From a virus (taxonomy: Duplodnaviria; Caudoviricetes), in IMG/VR virus record IMGVR_UViG_3300020582_000008, positions 287-64,286 of that record: 64,000 nucleotides of DNA; one strand, written 5' to 3'. Below the pieces are notes generated by a model, which saw only the letters and a program-made list of their open reading frames with translations, did no database searches and was not told the DNA's origin. Below, piece after piece: positions 63,678 to 64,000 of the stretch (its first letter is position 1; each line of letters opens with the position of its first letter). The position numbers and the translations under genes are program-made.

Positions 63678-64000
63678 AAGTCCGCAACGTCGCCACCCCC
63701 GAAGGCCGCGAACTTGGCGCCCACTTGGCGCGCTTCTGCGACGATGCCGAGCCGAAAGCCCGGCTCCGGTTCCCGGAACTGCCACCACGCTGCAATTCCT
63801 GCGCTTTTCGCGCTGGCCCCCACGTCGCCAACGGATCGCCTGAAACCCAGATGGACGCCCTGAAATGCCTCATGGAGGGCGTCGAATTTCACTGCCATCA
63901 ACCCGACCGCGCCGGGCATCTGTGCAGCGGTTGGGCTATGATGATGCTGGCAAAGGATAATCCCGACTTTCGGAAGGTCGATTGGCCGTTTTCCGATGAG
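63674..64000 (+). CDS. Cys-rich protein, 3' incomplete
   Basis: CNSCAFR...FHCH...CSGW; runs off the window. Confidence 0.6.
   Translation, partial: MKVRNVATPEGRELGAHLARFCDDAEPKARLRFPELPPRCNSCAFRAGPHVANGSPETQMDALKCLMEGVEFHCHQPDRAGHLCSGWAMMMLAKDNPDFRKVDWPFSDE

Overview
Almost the whole genome of a short-tailed (podovirus-type) phage of the BPP-1/epsilon15 structural lineage. The host is probably an alphaproteobacterium (Hyphomicrobiales), inferred from a Rhizobiales-type outer-membrane protein and a Cro-like gene. Layout: + strand middle/replication genes (1-7.4 kb); packaging, head, tail and ejection genes (7.5-43 kb); lysis and accessory genes (43-47.5 kb); a + strand small-gene operon with a DHH phosphoesterase and a tyrosine recombinase (47.7-54.8 kb); a 3.6-kb IS1-family element with passenger genes and a tRNA-like gene; a - strand early operon (58.4-63.3 kb); and a divergent cro region with no cI. 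Three signals stand out. (1) A 59-bp element occurs 7 times: three inverted pairs each bracket one unrelated gene and give all three a shared SMAVKP segment at the C-terminal end, and one copy is solo. (2) Several small genes carry diverged copies of segments of the phage's own capsid protein, terminase and probably scaffold, including a Tat-signal-fused capsid fragment. (3) Six Cys-containing fibre/decoration-like proteins carry apparent Sec signal peptides. Also seen: a split large terminase, overprinted ORFs and several structured RNA candidates. All family calls come from motif recognition by eye; no database searches were run.
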